A program made the position numbers and the translations under genes. The notes under the pieces are model-generated. The model was given only the letters and a program-made list of their open reading frames with translations, was not told the DNA's origin and searched no databases. Shown one piece after another: positions 17,185 to 28,264 of a stretch of DNA of 32,000 bases. Numbering within the stretch: the first letter of the stretch is position 1; each line of letters begins with the position of its first letter. Source of the stretch: Acaryochloris thomasi RCC1774 (lineage in GTDB: Bacteria > Cyanobacteriota > Cyanobacteriia > Thermosynechococcales > Thermosynechococcaceae); assembly GCF_003231495.1 (NCBI RefSeq), contig NZ_PQWO01000004.1, positions 300,001-332,000 on the forward strand, given 5' to 3'.

Positions 17185-20100
17185 ATGCAAATGTCCCCCA
17201 GCGATCAGCTTCTTGAGACCCTTTACGACAGTGAGAAAACTGTAGTCTATCGCTGTCAGCGCGACTCTCAGACTGTGATAGTCAAGTCGCTGAAGCAAAA
17301 TTATCCCAGCCTGACCGAGCTGGCTCATTTTCGCAACCACTACACCATTACCCAGCAGCTCAATTTCCCCGGTATCGTTAAACCCCTAAGCTTAGAGGCG
17401 ACTCAGCGAGCCGGTTTATCAATGGTCATGGCTGATGAGGGGTTAGTGTCTCTGCATGTCTATCGGCGGCGTCTGGCTAAGCAACGGCTCTCGATTGCGA
17501 AGTTTCTCGATATTGCGGCTCAACTGGCTCAGATTTTCTCCGATCTGTATCAGCAACGAGTGGTTCATAAAGATATCAAGCCTGCTAACATTCTGATTCA
17601 GCCAGAAACGGGCTGTATAAAGCTCACGGACTTTAGCCTCGCCTCTATTCTCCCGCGATCCATGCAGGAGAGTCAGCATCCCAATGCGTTGGAAGGGACG
17701 CTGGCCTATATCTCGCCAGAACAAACCGGTCGCATGAATCGCGGGATTGACTATCGCAGCGATTTTTACTCTCTTGGAGTGACTTTCTATGAGTTGCTCA
17801 CCGGTACGCTTCCGTTTCAGACCGCGGATCCGATGGAGATGGTGTATTGCCATATTGCCCAGCAGCCTACCCCCATCCATGAACTCAGGCCAGAGATTCC
17901 GATGTTGCTCTCGCAGCTGATCTTGAAGCTTTTGGCTAAGAACCCGGAGGATCGCTATCAATCTGCGGCGGGACTGAAGTATGACCTAGAGTGGCTGCAG
18001 CGCCACCCAACCCAAAAACAGTGGGTAGATTTTGAACTCTGTACTCACGATATTTGCGATCGCTTTACCCTCCCGGATCGGCTTTACGGTCGAGAACTAG
18101 AAGTCGAGAGGCTACTCGCCGCTTTTGAACGAGTTGCCCGCTCAGAGCCTCAAACGGCGGAAGCAAAAGATGCTCCACAGCTTGGGGCATCGGGGAGCTT
18201 GAGCCAGTTGTCCTGCGCTGAGCTACTCTTGGTGTCAGGTTTTTCAGGTATTGGTAAGACTGCGGTCATTAACGAGATTCATCAGCCGATTCTGCGCCAG
18301 CGTGGATATTTTATTCAGGGGAAATTTGATCAGTTTCAGCGCAATGTGCCGTTTTCCGCTTTTGTACAGGCACTGCAGAACCTAATCTCACAACTACTCG
18401 CAGAGAGTGACGAGGCTTTACAGGTTTGGCGATTGAATTTGATCCAGGCTTTAGGCAACAACGCTCAGGTTCTCGTTGACTCGATCCCAGAACTGGCAAA
18501 CATTATTGGCCCCCAACCGGCTGTGCCGGAGCTAGCAGCGGAAGCTGCGCTCAATCGTTTCAACCAAGTGTTTAGCAAATTTATCCAGGTTTTTGCGACG
18601 CTTGAACATCCGCTAGTTCTGTTCCTTGATGATCTTCAGTGGATTGACTCAGCTTCTCTACAGCTTGTGCAGCGTTTACTGACCGAGATTCCCAATATTC
18701 ACCTACTGCTGATCGGGGCCTATCGCGACAACGAGGTCACTTCGTCACATCCCCTGATGATGCTGATCTATGAGCTGCAGCAGACGAAGGTTAACTTGAG
18801 TACTTTGACATTGGAGGCTCTACCACAGTCAGCTCTGCAGGCGCTGATTGCCGATACGCTTAATTGCTCTGCTGAGGCAGCGGTGCCGCTGGCAGATTTG
18901 ACGTTCAACAAAACCGAAGGAAATCCCTTTTTTAGTCGCCAGTTTTTGCAGTCTCTTTACCGAGAGCATCTGATTTGGTTTGATTCTGAGTCTGCTCGTT
19001 GGCAGTGCGACATGACTCAGATCAAATTGGCTGCCACTCGTTCTGACGTCGTGGCGTTTATGGTCGCTCAACTGCAGAAGTTAGCGCCTGCAACGCAGTC
19101 TGTTTTACAGCTTGCGTCCTGTCTTGGCAATCAGTTCAATCTTAAAACTCTGGCCGCCGTTGCTCAGCAGTCAGAATCTCAGGTGGCTGCGGCGCTCTGG
19201 CCAGCTCTCGAAGGGGAGCTTATCTTGCCCCTCAATGAAATCTATAAGTTTTATCAAACCCCGGCCTCTAGCGATTCTCTTCGGGATGCCACTGCTGAGA
19301 GCTGTATCTACAAATTTCTCCACGATCGAGTGCAGCAGGCTGCCTATGAACTCGTGCCAGAAGCACAGCGCCCCAGCCTTCACTGGCAGATTGGGCAGCT
19401 TTGGCGGTCAACCCTGGGTCCTGAGCAGCTCTCTGATCACATTTATGAGCTGGTCGCCCACTTAAACCTAGGTGCTGCGCTGATCACCTCCACAACGGAT
19501 CGAGAGGAGTTGGTACATCTTAACTACAGAGCCAGCCAGCAGGCGCTGGCGACCAATGCCTATGCTGCAGCTGTTGACTATGGCAGGGCGGGAATCCGCT
19601 TGCTGGAGATTGAATCGGAGTCAGGGAGCTGGGAGACTCATGTTGACCTAAGGCTGGCGCTGTATGAATGTATTGCAGAGGCGGCTTATCTCCAAGGTGA
19701 TTTTCAGCAGTCAGAACAGGCGGTGGAGACGATTCTTGATCACACAAATGAGCCGCTCTATCAGATTAAAGCTTGCGAAATTCGGATCGAAGCCTATAAG
19801 GCCCAGAATCGGGGAAGAGATGCGATCTCAACCGGTCTTAAAATCCTTGGTGCTTTGGGTCTTCATCTCCCGGCCTACCCAAGCCAGTTGAAGGCGATGG
19901 CCTCCATGGCGAAGACGAAGCTACGGCTGGCGGGACAGTCCATCGAAAGTCTTGCTGATTTACCGGTCATGACAGACCCGAACACCCTGGCCGCCATGCA
20001 GATTACAGAGAAATTACTTCCGGTCTCTTTCATTGTTGATCCATTACTCTTTGCCCTGCTTGTTCTCAAGCGTGTGCGGGTGCTGCATTGCAAAGGGAAC

Positions 20101-23100
20101 TGTGATGCAGCACCCCTTGCCTATGGCATCTATGGAGTAACGCTGTGGAAAGTCTTTGGCGACCTAGATGCGACCTACCGTCTCGGAAATTTGGGTCTAG
20201 CGCTTCTCGAAAAATTTCCGAACTCTGGGGGCAAAGCGGCCCTCCATTTCATTGTCAACAGCATGACAAAGATTTGGAAAGTTCATCTTGAAGAAACGCT
20301 GAAACCACTGCTCACAAACTACACAGTTGCCCTAGAAATCGGCGATCTAGAGCATGCGGCCTACTCCTTGCTCTTCCATTCAAAGCATTCGTTGTGGATG
20401 GGGCGCGACCTAGGCACCCTCCATCAAGAGATCACTCGCCACCACCAAGCGATCGGTAGCCTGAAACAAGAGTGTCAGCTTGATCAAGCCGCTATCTATG
20501 GCCAAGTCATTTTAAATTTAACGGAGCTGACTGAATACCCGGCACGGCTTGAAGGCCAACTCTATGATCAGCGACAGATGTTGGCTGAGCACAAACAATC
20601 CGGCACCCGAACCACGATCCATACCCTGCATCTTAATCAGCTTTTTCTCGGTTACCTCCTGCAGGATTACTCCTTCGCCTTAGAGCAGGCAAAGCTTGGT
20701 CTTGCTGAACTAGAGGTTGTTGTCTGTCAGCTCGCCTATGGTGTCTTTTGCTTCTATCATGCTTTGACGCTACTGGCGCTGTATCCAGAGGCAACGGCTG
20801 CAGAGCAGGCGCGGTACCTAAAGCAGGTTAGAGATTATCAGCGTCAACTGCAGCAGTGGGCTGACGCTGCCCCCATGAACTTTGCACACAAAGTGCATTT
20901 AGTCGCCGCAGAACAGCACTGGGTTCTGGGCCGCCAACGTGACGCAATGGAAACCTATGACCTTGCGATTCAGGGCGCAAAGGAGCATGGATATTTACAG
21001 GAGGTTGCTCTGGCGAATGAACGAGCGGGGCTTTTTTATCAAGATTGGGGACGAGAAAGGATCGCTCAAACCTATCTGACAGAAGCCTATTATGGCTATC
21101 TTCGCTGGGGCGCTCAGACAAAAGCTGCCGACTTAGAAAAACGCTATCCGCAGTGGTTGCCTGCTGGCCCAACGGCAAGAATGTCTCCGCCCTCTACGAT
21201 GACTACACTACAGGGGATGGTGACAACCCACAGCAGCCTCCACCAAGCCAGCCTAGATTCCCTGGACTGGAGCACAATCACGAAAGCCTCTCAGGTGCTT
21301 GCTGAAGACATTCAGCTCGATAAGCTGCTCCTGAAAATCATGCAGGTGATTCAGAAAAACGCCGGTGCAGAGACCGGTGCCCTGTTCCTGCAGGAGGATG
21401 ATCGTCTGCAGTGCAAAACTTACTGTGTCGGTCAGCAGGTACTTTCTTGCCAAGAAAGTACTGAACCGAAACCCTATGCAACCGCAGTGGTCCAATACGT
21501 TCATCACAAGCAAGAGGCCGTGGTCCTCGACGACGCCCGCACCGACCCACGCTTTGTGGGCGATGCTCACATCAGGGACTCTCAATCTCGGTCTGTGCTG
21601 TGCATGCCCATTCAGCACAGAGGGCGGCCTCTGGGCCTGCTTTATCTTGAGAACAATCAGCTTGCGGGCGCTTTCGGCCACGACCGCCTGCAGATTCTGC
21701 AAATTCTAACGGCTCAAGCCGCGATTTCTCTGCAGAATGCTTTGTTCTATGAAACCTTAAGCGATCAGGTGGAAGCCCGCACCCAGGAGCTGCAAATTGA
21801 AGCCCACGAACGCCAGCTAGCCACTGCTGCGCTCAGAGAGTCTGAGGAAAAATTTTCTAAAGCATTCTACGGAAATCCAGATCCGATGGTGATTACCTCG
21901 GTGACAGGACAGTACATTGAAGCGAACTATAGCTTTTTAATGTTCTTTGATTTCACTCTGGCTGATTTAGAGGCTCAGACGGCCCTAGACTGGCAGGTCT
22001 GGGAAGATGCTGACGCCTCAACTCCACTGCAGAACCTGATCCAAAAAAATCAGGACTTGCATAATTACGAACTTCAGATTTGCCACTTGAGCGGAGAGAC
22101 TCGCACCATATTGCTTTCTAAGGAGCAGATATCTTTAGGACAAGAGCCGGTGATTTTATCGGTTATGAAAGATATCACGGCTCGGAAGCAGGTCGAGGCC
22201 ACCCTCAATCGTAACAACGCCATTCTGGAGGCCCAGCGAGGGGCAACCTTAGATGGTGTGCTGGTTGTTGATGAACACCAACAGGTGACCTATTACAACG
22301 AACAGTTCAGCCAGCTTTGGCGGGTTCCAGAGGAGATCTTAGCATCGCGGGATAATGTCCAGCTGGTTCAGTATGTGCTGACGCAGCTAGAGCAGCCGCA
22401 GGAGTTTACTACCAAAATCGATCAGCTATTGGCCCATCCAGAAATGACGAGTCAGGACGAGATCATCTTTCGGGATGGTCGTATCCTGGAGCGTATTTCT
22501 TCGCCTGTTTGTTCTGAGGCCGGTTATTACGGTCGCATTTGGTCTTTTCGAGATATCACCGAGCGCAAACAGCGGGAACAGGCTCTGAAGCTGATCGTCG
22601 CCGGGACAGCAGCCCAAGTAGGAGATGAGTTTTTCCGCGCCTGTGTCTGGTCTTTGGCAAAGCTATTGACCGTCCGCTACATTTTTTTGGCAGAGTTTAT
22701 AGATGCTGAGCAGACCAAAGCCCGGACGCTGGCCTTCTGGAAAGAGGGTGATTTCTCTGAAAATTTGGAGTACAGTCTCGCGGGGACGCCCAGTTTTGAT
22801 GTCTTGCAGGGGTCTATGTTCCGCTGTCTTCACTCTATTCAAGATCGCTATCCGCAGGATGCTGCGCTAGCTACGCTGCAGGTGGAGTCCTATCTGGGAG
22901 AGAAGATTGTTGATCCGTTGGGGAATGTGCTCGGGCTTTTGGTGGCGATGGATACTCAACCACTGACGGGTACAGAAGATTTTGAAACCCAAGACCTGAT
23001 CTTGAAGATCTTTGCGGCGCGGGCCGGATCTGAGCTGGAACGGATGAGATCGCAAGCCGCCTTAGAAAACCGGGTTGATCTAGCCGAGCTATCGGCAGAA

Positions 23101-25527
23101 ATTAGTGCCGCCCTCGCTCAGGGGACGCAGCTCTCAACAATGCTGCAAATTTGCACCGATGCCATGATTGAGCATTTACCCGTCACGCTGGCTCAGCTTT
23201 GGACCCTAAACACCGCCGAGAATAGGTTAGAACTCCAGGCCAGTGCGGGGCTGTCACCTGAGCGGATCAACGATCAGGACAAGGCGTCTCTAGAGACTTC
23301 CGTACTGGGCCGTCTGGCCCAACAGCAACAGGCTTATCTGACGAATTCAGCCCCGCAAGATCCCACCATTTCAGAGGAGTGGCTGCAGGAAGCAGGGCTT
23401 GTCGCTTTTGCGGGGTATCCCCTCATCTACGAAGAGCGCCTGCTGGGGATGGTGACCCTCTACGCCAAACAGCCGCTCGCGCCGGTTCTCTTTCACGCCC
23501 TGTTTTCTCTGACGAACAGTATTGCCCTCAGTCTAGATCGCTACTGGACTCAGCAAGCACTCAAGCAGCAGCTACAGCGGGTGAGCTTGCTGGGGCAAAT
23601 CACCCAGGCAACCAATCAAAGTTTAGATCCTCAAGAGACGCTGCAAACGGCAGCGACGCAGCTAGGGCAAGTCTTTCAGGTTAGCCGCTGTTTGATTTTC
23701 ACGCATATTGACGCTGCCGACACCCATCAGCCCTTGATTACAGAATATCTAGATGGAAATTGGTCATCAGTTTTAGACGTTGAATTCCCTCAATCGGGTC
23801 ACACCTTCATTGACCAGCTTGTTGTTCGCGATCAGGCCGTTGTCTCACAAAATGTACAGAGAGACGCTCGACTAGCCCAGCTTACAGACTTTTTAGCCAC
23901 TATCGATGTACAGTCAGTTGCTGGAATTCGTACATCGTATAAAAGTGAGATCAACGGGGCAATCTTGCTGTTCCAGTGCGATCGCATCCGTGATTGGCAC
24001 CCAGACGAAATCGACCTCTTAGAAGCCGTGGCCGCTCAGCTAGGCATTGCGATCGCCCAAGCTAGACTCCTAGAGCAAGAAACGCAGCAGCGACGGCAGC
24101 TAGAAGAGGCCAAGCAGTATGCAGAGGCCGCGAACCAAGCCAAAAGCGAATTCCTGGCTAACATGAGCCACGAGCTGCGCACCCCACTCAATGCCATTCT
24201 CGGCTTTAGCCAGCTGATGCAGCGCAATGAGACGACAACCACAGACCAGCAGGATAGCCTCACAATCATCAATCGCAGCGGCGAACACCTATTAGGTCTA
24301 ATCAACGACATCTTAGAGATGTCAAAGATTGAAGCAGGACGTACCCTTCTTCATCTCACCGACTTTGATCTGCACGGGCTGCTCGACGCCCTCGACGCCA
24401 TGCTGCAGATTAAGGCACTCGACAAAGATCTGCTGCTCGTTCTAGAGCGCTCGCCTGAGCTGCCACAATATATCTCAGCAGATGAAGGTAAACTGCGGCA
24501 GATTTTGATTAACCTGCTCAGCAACAGCATCAAATTTACGGATCAAGGGCGTGTGACCCTGCAGATCGCATCTGCCCCGCTGCAGCAGACATCCTCTGAC
24601 TACAATTATTGCCTCAGCTTCGAAGTGGAAGACAGCGGTCACGGGATTGCTGAGCATGAACTCGCGACTATCTTTGAGCCTTTTACTCAAACCGAAAGTG
24701 GCCGCAACTCTAACGAAGGGACAGGCCTTGGGCTACCCATTAGCCACAAATTTATCAAACTGATGGGCGGTGACCTTAGCATTAAAAGCCAGCTGGGTCA
24801 GGGAACAACCGTCCGGTTTACCATTCCAGTTCACACCCGCGATCATGTCGAAGCGCAGACGGCTTCGCTCGGCCGTATCATGGGGCTCACCCCAGGTCAG
24901 CCTCAATACCGAGTTTTAGTCGTAGATGACACTTGGGAAAGCCGGCACTTAATCGTGCAGCTTCTAGAGAGCTTAGGTTTTGAAATTCAAGAGGCCGAGA
25001 ATGGTCAAGTCGCCATTGAGCAGTGGCAGTCTTGGCACCCGCACCTAATCTTGATGGATTTGCAGATGCCAGTGGTTGATGGATATGAAGCGGTTAAACA
25101 CATCAGAGCTTCACAAAATCGTGAAACAGAAGCCGTGATCATTGCACTCACCGCGAATGCCTTTCAAGAAACCTGCGCTCATGCCCTTGCCATCGGCTGT
25201 AATGACTTTATCCGCAAGCCATTCCAGGCCCACGAGCTTTTTGAGAGCATCGCCCAGCATTTGGGAGTCCGCTACCGCTATCAGCAATCGCCCCAAGAGG
25301 CCGCCCCTTCTTCAACCTCTGCCTCTCCCAGTTTGACAACCGCTGCGCTATCCACCTTGCCCACCGAGCTGATTCATCAGCTGCATGATGCCGCCATCCG
25401 TCTTGACGAAACACAGATGTTGCAGCTCATTGCTCTAGTCGAAGATGCAGAACTCAAAGCTGCCATTGATAAGCTGGTTCAAGCCTTTCAATTTGATAAG
25501 TTGGTTCAGTTAACAGAGAGCCTTTAA
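17185..25527 (+). CDS. Giant multidomain sensor: Ser/Thr-kinase-like, AAA_16/STAND P-loop NTPase, helical/TPR-like region, GAF, 2x PAS, 3x GAF, HisKA, HATPase_c, REC and a helical tail (2780 aa)
   Basis: Kinase catalytic loop [10 protein letters not shown] (His codon 17566-17568), DFS in place of DFG (17629-17637) and [10 protein letters not shown]. Walker A GFSGIGKT (18238-18261) and Walker B LFLDDLQW (about 18.62 kb). GAF-1 at about 21.27-21.72 kb, PAS-1/2 at about 21.85-22.57 kb and GAF-2/3/4 at about 22.6-24.07 kb. H-box SHELRTPLN (His codon 24169-24171), N box [12 protein letters not shown] and G boxes EDSGHGI and GTGLGL. REC spans VLVVDD to LILMDLQMP (Asp codon 25057-25059). Confidence 0.93.
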   Translation: MQMSPSDQLLETLYDSEKTVVYRCQRDSQTVIVKSLKQNYPSLTELAHFRNHYTITQQLNFPGIVKPLSLEATQRAGLSMVMADEGLVSLHVYRRRLAKQRLSIAKFLDIAAQLAQIFSDLYQQRVVHKDIKPANILIQPETGCIKLTDFSLASILPRSMQESQHPNALEGTLAYISPEQTGRMNRGIDYRSDFYSLGVTFYELLTGTLPFQTADPMEMVYCHIAQQPTPIHELRPEIPMLLSQLILKLLAKNPEDRYQSAAGLKYDLEWLQRHPTQKQWVDFELCTHDICDRFTLPDRLYGRELEVERLLAAFERVARSEPQTAEAKDAPQLGASGSLSQLSCAELLLVSGFSGIGKTAVINEIHQPILRQRGYFIQGKFDQFQRNVPFSAFVQALQNLISQLLAESDEALQVWRLNLIQALGNNAQVLVDSIPELANIIGPQPAVPELAAEAALNRFNQVFSKFIQVFATLEHPLVLFLDDLQWIDSASLQLVQRLLTEIPNIHLLLIGAYRDNEVTSSHPLMMLIYELQQTKVNLSTLTLEALPQSALQALIADTLNCSAEAAVPLADLTFNKTEGNPFFSRQFLQSLYREHLIWFDSESARWQCDMTQIKLAATRSDVVAFMVAQLQKLAPATQSVLQLASCLGNQFNLKTLAAVAQQSESQVAAALWPALEGELILPLNEIYKFYQTPASSDSLRDATAESCIYKFLHDRVQQAAYELVPEAQRPSLHWQIGQLWRSTLGPEQLSDHIYELVAHLNLGAALITSTTDREELVHLNYRASQQALATNAYAAAVDYGRAGIRLLEIESESGSWETHVDLRLALYECIAEAAYLQGDFQQSEQAVETILDHTNEPLYQIKACEIRIEAYKAQNRGRDAISTGLKILGALGLHLPAYPSQLKAMASMAKTKLRLAGQSIESLADLPVMTDPNTLAAMQITEKLLPVSFIVDPLLFALLVLKRVRVLHCKGNCDAAPLAYGIYGVTLWKVFGDLDATYRLGNLGLALLEKFPNSGGKAALHFIVNSMTKIWKVHLEETLKPLLTNYTVALEIGDLEHAAYSLLFHSKHSLWMGRDLGTLHQEITRHHQAIGSLKQECQLDQAAIYGQVILNLTELTEYPARLEGQLYDQRQMLAEHKQSGTRTTIHTLHLNQLFLGYLLQDYSFALEQAKLGLAELEVVVCQLAYGVFCFYHALTLLALYPEATAAEQARYLKQVRDYQRQLQQWADAAPMNFAHKVHLVAAEQHWVLGRQRDAMETYDLAIQGAKEHGYLQEVALANERAGLFYQDWGRERIAQTYLTEAYYGYLRWGAQTKAADLEKRYPQWLPAGPTARMSPPSTMTTLQGMVTTHSSLHQASLDSLDWSTITKASQVLAEDIQLDKLLLKIMQVIQKNAGAETGALFLQEDDRLQCKTYCVGQQVLSCQESTEPKPYATAVVQYVHHKQEAVVLDDARTDPRFVGDAHIRDSQSRSVLCMPIQHRGRPLGLLYLENNQLAGAFGHDRLQILQILTAQAAISLQNALFYETLSDQVEARTQELQIEAHERQLATAALRESEEKFSKAFYGNPDPMVITSVTGQYIEANYSFLMFFDFTLADLEAQTALDWQVWEDADASTPLQNLIQKNQDLHNYELQICHLSGETRTILLSKEQISLGQEPVILSVMKDITARKQVEATLNRNNAILEAQRGATLDGVLVVDEHQQVTYYNEQFSQLWRVPEEILASRDNVQLVQYVLTQLEQPQEFTTKIDQLLAHPEMTSQDEIIFRDGRILERISSPVCSEAGYYGRIWSFRDITERKQREQALKLIVAGTAAQVGDEFFRACVWSLAKLLTVRYIFLAEFIDAEQTKARTLAFWKEGDFSENLEYSLAGTPSFDVLQGSMFRCLHSIQDRYPQDAALATLQVESYLGEKIVDPLGNVLGLLVAMDTQPLTGTEDFETQDLILKIFAARAGSELERMRSQAALENRVDLAELSAEISAALAQGTQLSTMLQICTDAMIEHLPVTLAQLWTLNTAENRLELQASAGLSPERINDQDKASLETSVLGRLAQQQQAYLTNSAPQDPTISEEWLQEAGLVAFAGYPLIYEERLLGMVTLYAKQPLAPVLFHALFSLTNSIALSLDRYWTQQALKQQLQRVSLLGQITQATNQSLDPQETLQTAATQLGQVFQVSRCLIFTHIDAADTHQPLITEYLDGNWSSVLDVEFPQSGHTFIDQLVVRDQAVVSQNVQRDARLAQLTDFLATIDVQSVAGIRTSYKSEINGAILLFQCDRIRDWHPDEIDLLEAVAAQLGIAIAQARLLEQETQQRRQLEEAKQYAEAANQAKSEFLANMSHELRTPLNAILGFSQLMQRNETTTTDQQDSLTIINRSGEHLLGLINDILEMSKIEAGRTLLHLTDFDLHGLLDALDAMLQIKALDKDLLLVLERSPELPQYISADEGKLRQILINLLSNSIKFTDQGRVTLQIASAPLQQTSSDYNYCLSFEVEDSGHGIAEHELATIFEPFTQTESGRNSNEGTGLGLPISHKFIKLMGGDLSIKSQLGQGTTVRFTIPVHTRDHVEAQTASLGRIMGLTPGQPQYRVLVVDDTWESRHLIVQLLESLGFEIQEAENGQVAIEQWQSWHPHLILMDLQMPVVDGYEAVKHIRASQNRETEAVIIALTANAFQETCAHALAIGCNDFIRKPFQAHELFESIAQHLGVRYRYQQSPQEAAPSSTSASPSLTTAALSTLPTELIHQLHDAAIRLDETQMLQLIALVEDAELKAAIDKLVQAFQFDKLVQLTESL

Positions 25528-25647
25528 ATCCAGTCATCACGAAGCACCTCATGACTTGCCCCTTGCATATCCGTTAACAATTCCCCATCATGATGAAGTT
25601 CTCCCTCATGTGGGCACTCTAAGGCCAGTACAGAGATCTCTGATAGC

Positions 25648-27660
25648 ATGGAAGTAATGAATAGCGTTCAAGAATCTAAGGCTTGTGCTCTCAGTGCAGA
25701 GTCTACCAATGCAGATCAGCTGCCATTCTCCGTCCTGAATATTGGGCCAGTGGATTCAGAGCGGCCTTCGCTACAGTCGCCAACCCCCGAGTCGCTCTCT
25801 ACAGACTCGACAGGCTCCACACAGCAGGGACGAATTTTAATCGTTGACGATCGGCCCGACAATCTCCGTCTCCTGCATTCGATGCTGACCCAAGCAGGGT
25901 ACGATGTGCGGCGGGCGATCAATGGTTCCACTGCACTTATGGGCATTCGAGCCATACTGCCAGACTTAATCCTGCTGGATATCAATATGCCAGACATGAA
26001 TGGCTACGAAGTCTGTCAAGAACTCAAGCAGGATTCACAAACGCGAGAGATTCCCATCATTTTTCTCAGTGCCCTTGATGAGGGACTCGACAAGGTCAAA
26101 GCTTTCTCGGCCGGTGGCGTTGACTATGTGACCAAGCCTTTTGAAGTGATGGAGGTCCTCGCCCGCATTGAGAATCATCTCCAGCTCCAGCGAGCCAAGG
26201 CTGAGGTAGAACAGCTTAATTCCAAGCTCGAGCAGCGGGTGACTGAGCGGACAGCAGAGCTGCAGGCCACCAAACATGATCTTGAGCAGGAGGTCATGGA
26301 AAGACGGCAGGCGCAGGAGCGATTGGCGCATATGGCCTGGCACGATCATTTGACCGACCTACCCAATCGGGCCTGGTTTATGAAAGTGCTGCAGCAGTCC
26401 ATCAAGCGGGCCCAGCAGGAAGAAAACTATGCCTTTGCGGTGTTGTTTTTAGACTGCGATCGCTTCAAAGTTATTAACGATTCTTTAGGGCATTTGATCG
26501 GCGATCAGCTGCTGATCCAGGTCGCTAAACGTCTTGCCAACGTGATCCCTGAGAACGTCACGCTGGCAAGATTTGGCGGAGATGAATTTACCCTACTATT
26601 GGACGAAATCCCCGGCCTAGAGGCGGCAACGGATGTGGGACAGCAGCTATTGGAGGAGCTGACACAATCGTTTCAGCTGGGGCAACAAGAAATCTTTATT
26701 AGCGCCAGCGTGGGCATTGCAATGGGATCTCGCGCCTATGATTTGCCTGAGGCGCTGCTGCGAGATGCCGACATTGCCATGTACCGTGCCAAGACTTTGG
26801 GTAAAGCCTGCTACCAGGTCTTTGATACCGCGATGCACCAGCACGCTCAGACTCAACTTCGTCTTGAGACTGATCTGCGGCGGGCTATTGAGCGTCAAGA
26901 ATTCTTGGTGAACTATCAGCCCATTATTTCCCTGACGACCCTTGAGATCACTGGGTTTGAAGCCTTAGTCCGCTGGCATCACCCTCAGCGCGGGCTGGTT
27001 TCTCCCGGGCAGTTTATCCCCATTGCTGAAGAAACGAGTCTCATTGTGCCCATTGGGCTTTGGGTACTGAAGGAGTCATGTCAGCAGCTCGTCACTTGGC
27101 AGCAAATGCTGGGTGGTGAAACGGTCCCGACGCTGAAAATGAGCGTCAACTTATCGGTCAAGCAATTTTCTCAGCCCGACCTCATTGATCGAATTGACCA
27201 GTTCCTGGAGCAAATGGAGCTGCAGGGTCATTTACTGACCCTGGAAATTACGGAAAGTGCCTTAATGGATAATCCCGAGGCAGCCAGTCAGGTGCTGACG
27301 GCTCTGCGAGATCGCAATATTCAACTCGCCATTGATGACTTTGGTACTGGCTACTCTTCCCTTAGTTATCTACATCGCTTTCCGGTGGATATCTTGAAGG
27401 TGGATCGCTCCTTTATCAACCGCATTGAAGATCAAGACAACGGCCTACGGATTGTTGAAGCCACCCTGGCGATGGCCCACAGTCTCGGGATGCAAGTTGT
27501 TGCAGAAGGTGTTGAAACCCAGGCCCAGGCCCTTCAGCTCCAGCAGCTAGGTTGCGAATATGCTCAGGGATACCTGTTCTCGAAGCCCCTTGCCGCTGAG
27601 ACAGCGGCGGGAGTTCTCGCTCAGCCCCCTGCTTTTTCCGATCTCTTAAGTCGACGCTGA
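25648..27660 (+). CDS. Response regulator with REC, coiled-coil, GGDEF and EAL domains (c-di-GMP turnover)
   Basis: 670-aa ORF. The REC domain has ILIVDDRPDN, LILLDINMPDMNG and KPF. The GGDEF motif is intact (26575-26589). The EAL motif is EALVRW (26959-26967), with DDFGTGYSSL and EGVET also present. An alternative start is the ATG at 25657. Confidence 0.92.
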   Translation: MEVMNSVQESKACALSAESTNADQLPFSVLNIGPVDSERPSLQSPTPESLSTDSTGSTQQGRILIVDDRPDNLRLLHSMLTQAGYDVRRAINGSTALMGIRAILPDLILLDINMPDMNGYEVCQELKQDSQTREIPIIFLSALDEGLDKVKAFSAGGVDYVTKPFEVMEVLARIENHLQLQRAKAEVEQLNSKLEQRVTERTAELQATKHDLEQEVMERRQAQERLAHMAWHDHLTDLPNRAWFMKVLQQSIKRAQQEENYAFAVLFLDCDRFKVINDSLGHLIGDQLLIQVAKRLANVIPENVTLARFGGDEFTLLLDEIPGLEAATDVGQQLLEELTQSFQLGQQEIFISASVGIAMGSRAYDLPEALLRDADIAMYRAKTLGKACYQVFDTAMHQHAQTQLRLETDLRRAIERQEFLVNYQPIISLTTLEITGFEALVRWHHPQRGLVSPGQFIPIAEETSLIVPIGLWVLKESCQQLVTWQQMLGGETVPTLKMSVNLSVKQFSQPDLIDRIDQFLEQMELQGHLLTLEITESALMDNPEAASQVLTALRDRNIQLAIDDFGTGYSSLSYLHRFPVDILKVDRSFINRIEDQDNGLRIVEATLAMAHSLGMQVVAEGVETQAQALQLQQLGCEYAQGYLFSKPLAAETAAGVLAQPPAFSDLLSRR

Positions 27661-28187
27661 CGCCTCCGTTTTTTGTGCCGTCTTCGGAGTCGAGCAATGA
27701 TCCAGCGTCCACCCACGTAGCTGAGGACGGCAGCTAGCGTTCCCATCAGTAGACAGCCGCCAAAGAGAGTGGCCAAGAAGCCACCGCTCAAGTGTAGGAG
27801 CTGACGAAGGTCGCGAATATTTTCAAGTTGAGCAAAGCTGAGATGATCGGTCCTCAGGAGCCATTGCCCGATCTGAAAGTTGAATGCGAACAGCGGAAAA
27901 TAAGTCAAAGGATTGCTGATCCAGGTGGCGGCGGCGGCCACAATTTTATTGCCCCGCACCAAAATCGCGAGTAAAACACCAAAAATAATCTGGAAGCCCA
28001 TGACCGGGAACATACCCGCAAAGGCTCCCACGGCTAGACCCCGCGCAATGGCTTCTGGGGTGCCTCGCAGGCGGACGAGACGAAAATAGTAATAGCGCCA
28101 CCGTCGCCGGAAGGTCATTGGAGGCTGGTTCGTTCTCACAGCCTTTTCAATTCGCCGCCGCGCAGGTCGTTCACTGAGTCTCGCCAT
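27621..28187 (-). CDS. DUF2062-like membrane protein with an arginine-rich C-terminal tail
   Basis: 188-aa ORF. PEAIARGLAVGAFAGMFPVMGFQ...WISNPLTYFPLFAFNFQIG matches my recollection of DUF2062. The tail is RLRRRHKKRRRQRRLKRSEKAGG. Confidence 0.68.
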   Translation of the reverse strand: MARLSERPARRRIEKAVRTNQPPMTFRRRWRYYYFRLVRLRGTPEAIARGLAVGAFAGMFPVMGFQIIFGVLLAILVRGNKIVAAAATWISNPLTYFPLFAFNFQIGQWLLRTDHLSFAQLENIRDLRQLLHLSGGFLATLFGGCLLMGTLAAVLSYVGGRWIIARLRRRHKKRRRQRRLKRSEKAGG

Positions 28188-28264
28188 ATCTATCTTTAAT
28201 CAACTTCGCTATTCGAAGCTGCTGCTGAGGTCTCCACGCGCTCGGCAAGCATCATGCGCTCACG

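Noticed and set aside
17443-17961. 172-aa antisense ORF inside the kinase domain, with similar antisense ORFs at 21253..21702, 20828..21178 and 24036..24311
   Set aside because: They lie fully inside a strongly supported 8.3-kb coding frame and have Arg/Leu/Ser-rich compositions typical of antisense frames. No motifs are present.
17185-18010. Calling the kinase head a novel pseudokinase because of the missing G-loop and the DFS motif
   Set aside because: As far as I recall, the degenerate glycine loop is typical of this cyanobacterial kinase-AAA family. The catalytic HKD...N loop and the VIVK lysine are retained, so this is not evidence of novelty or inactivity on its own.
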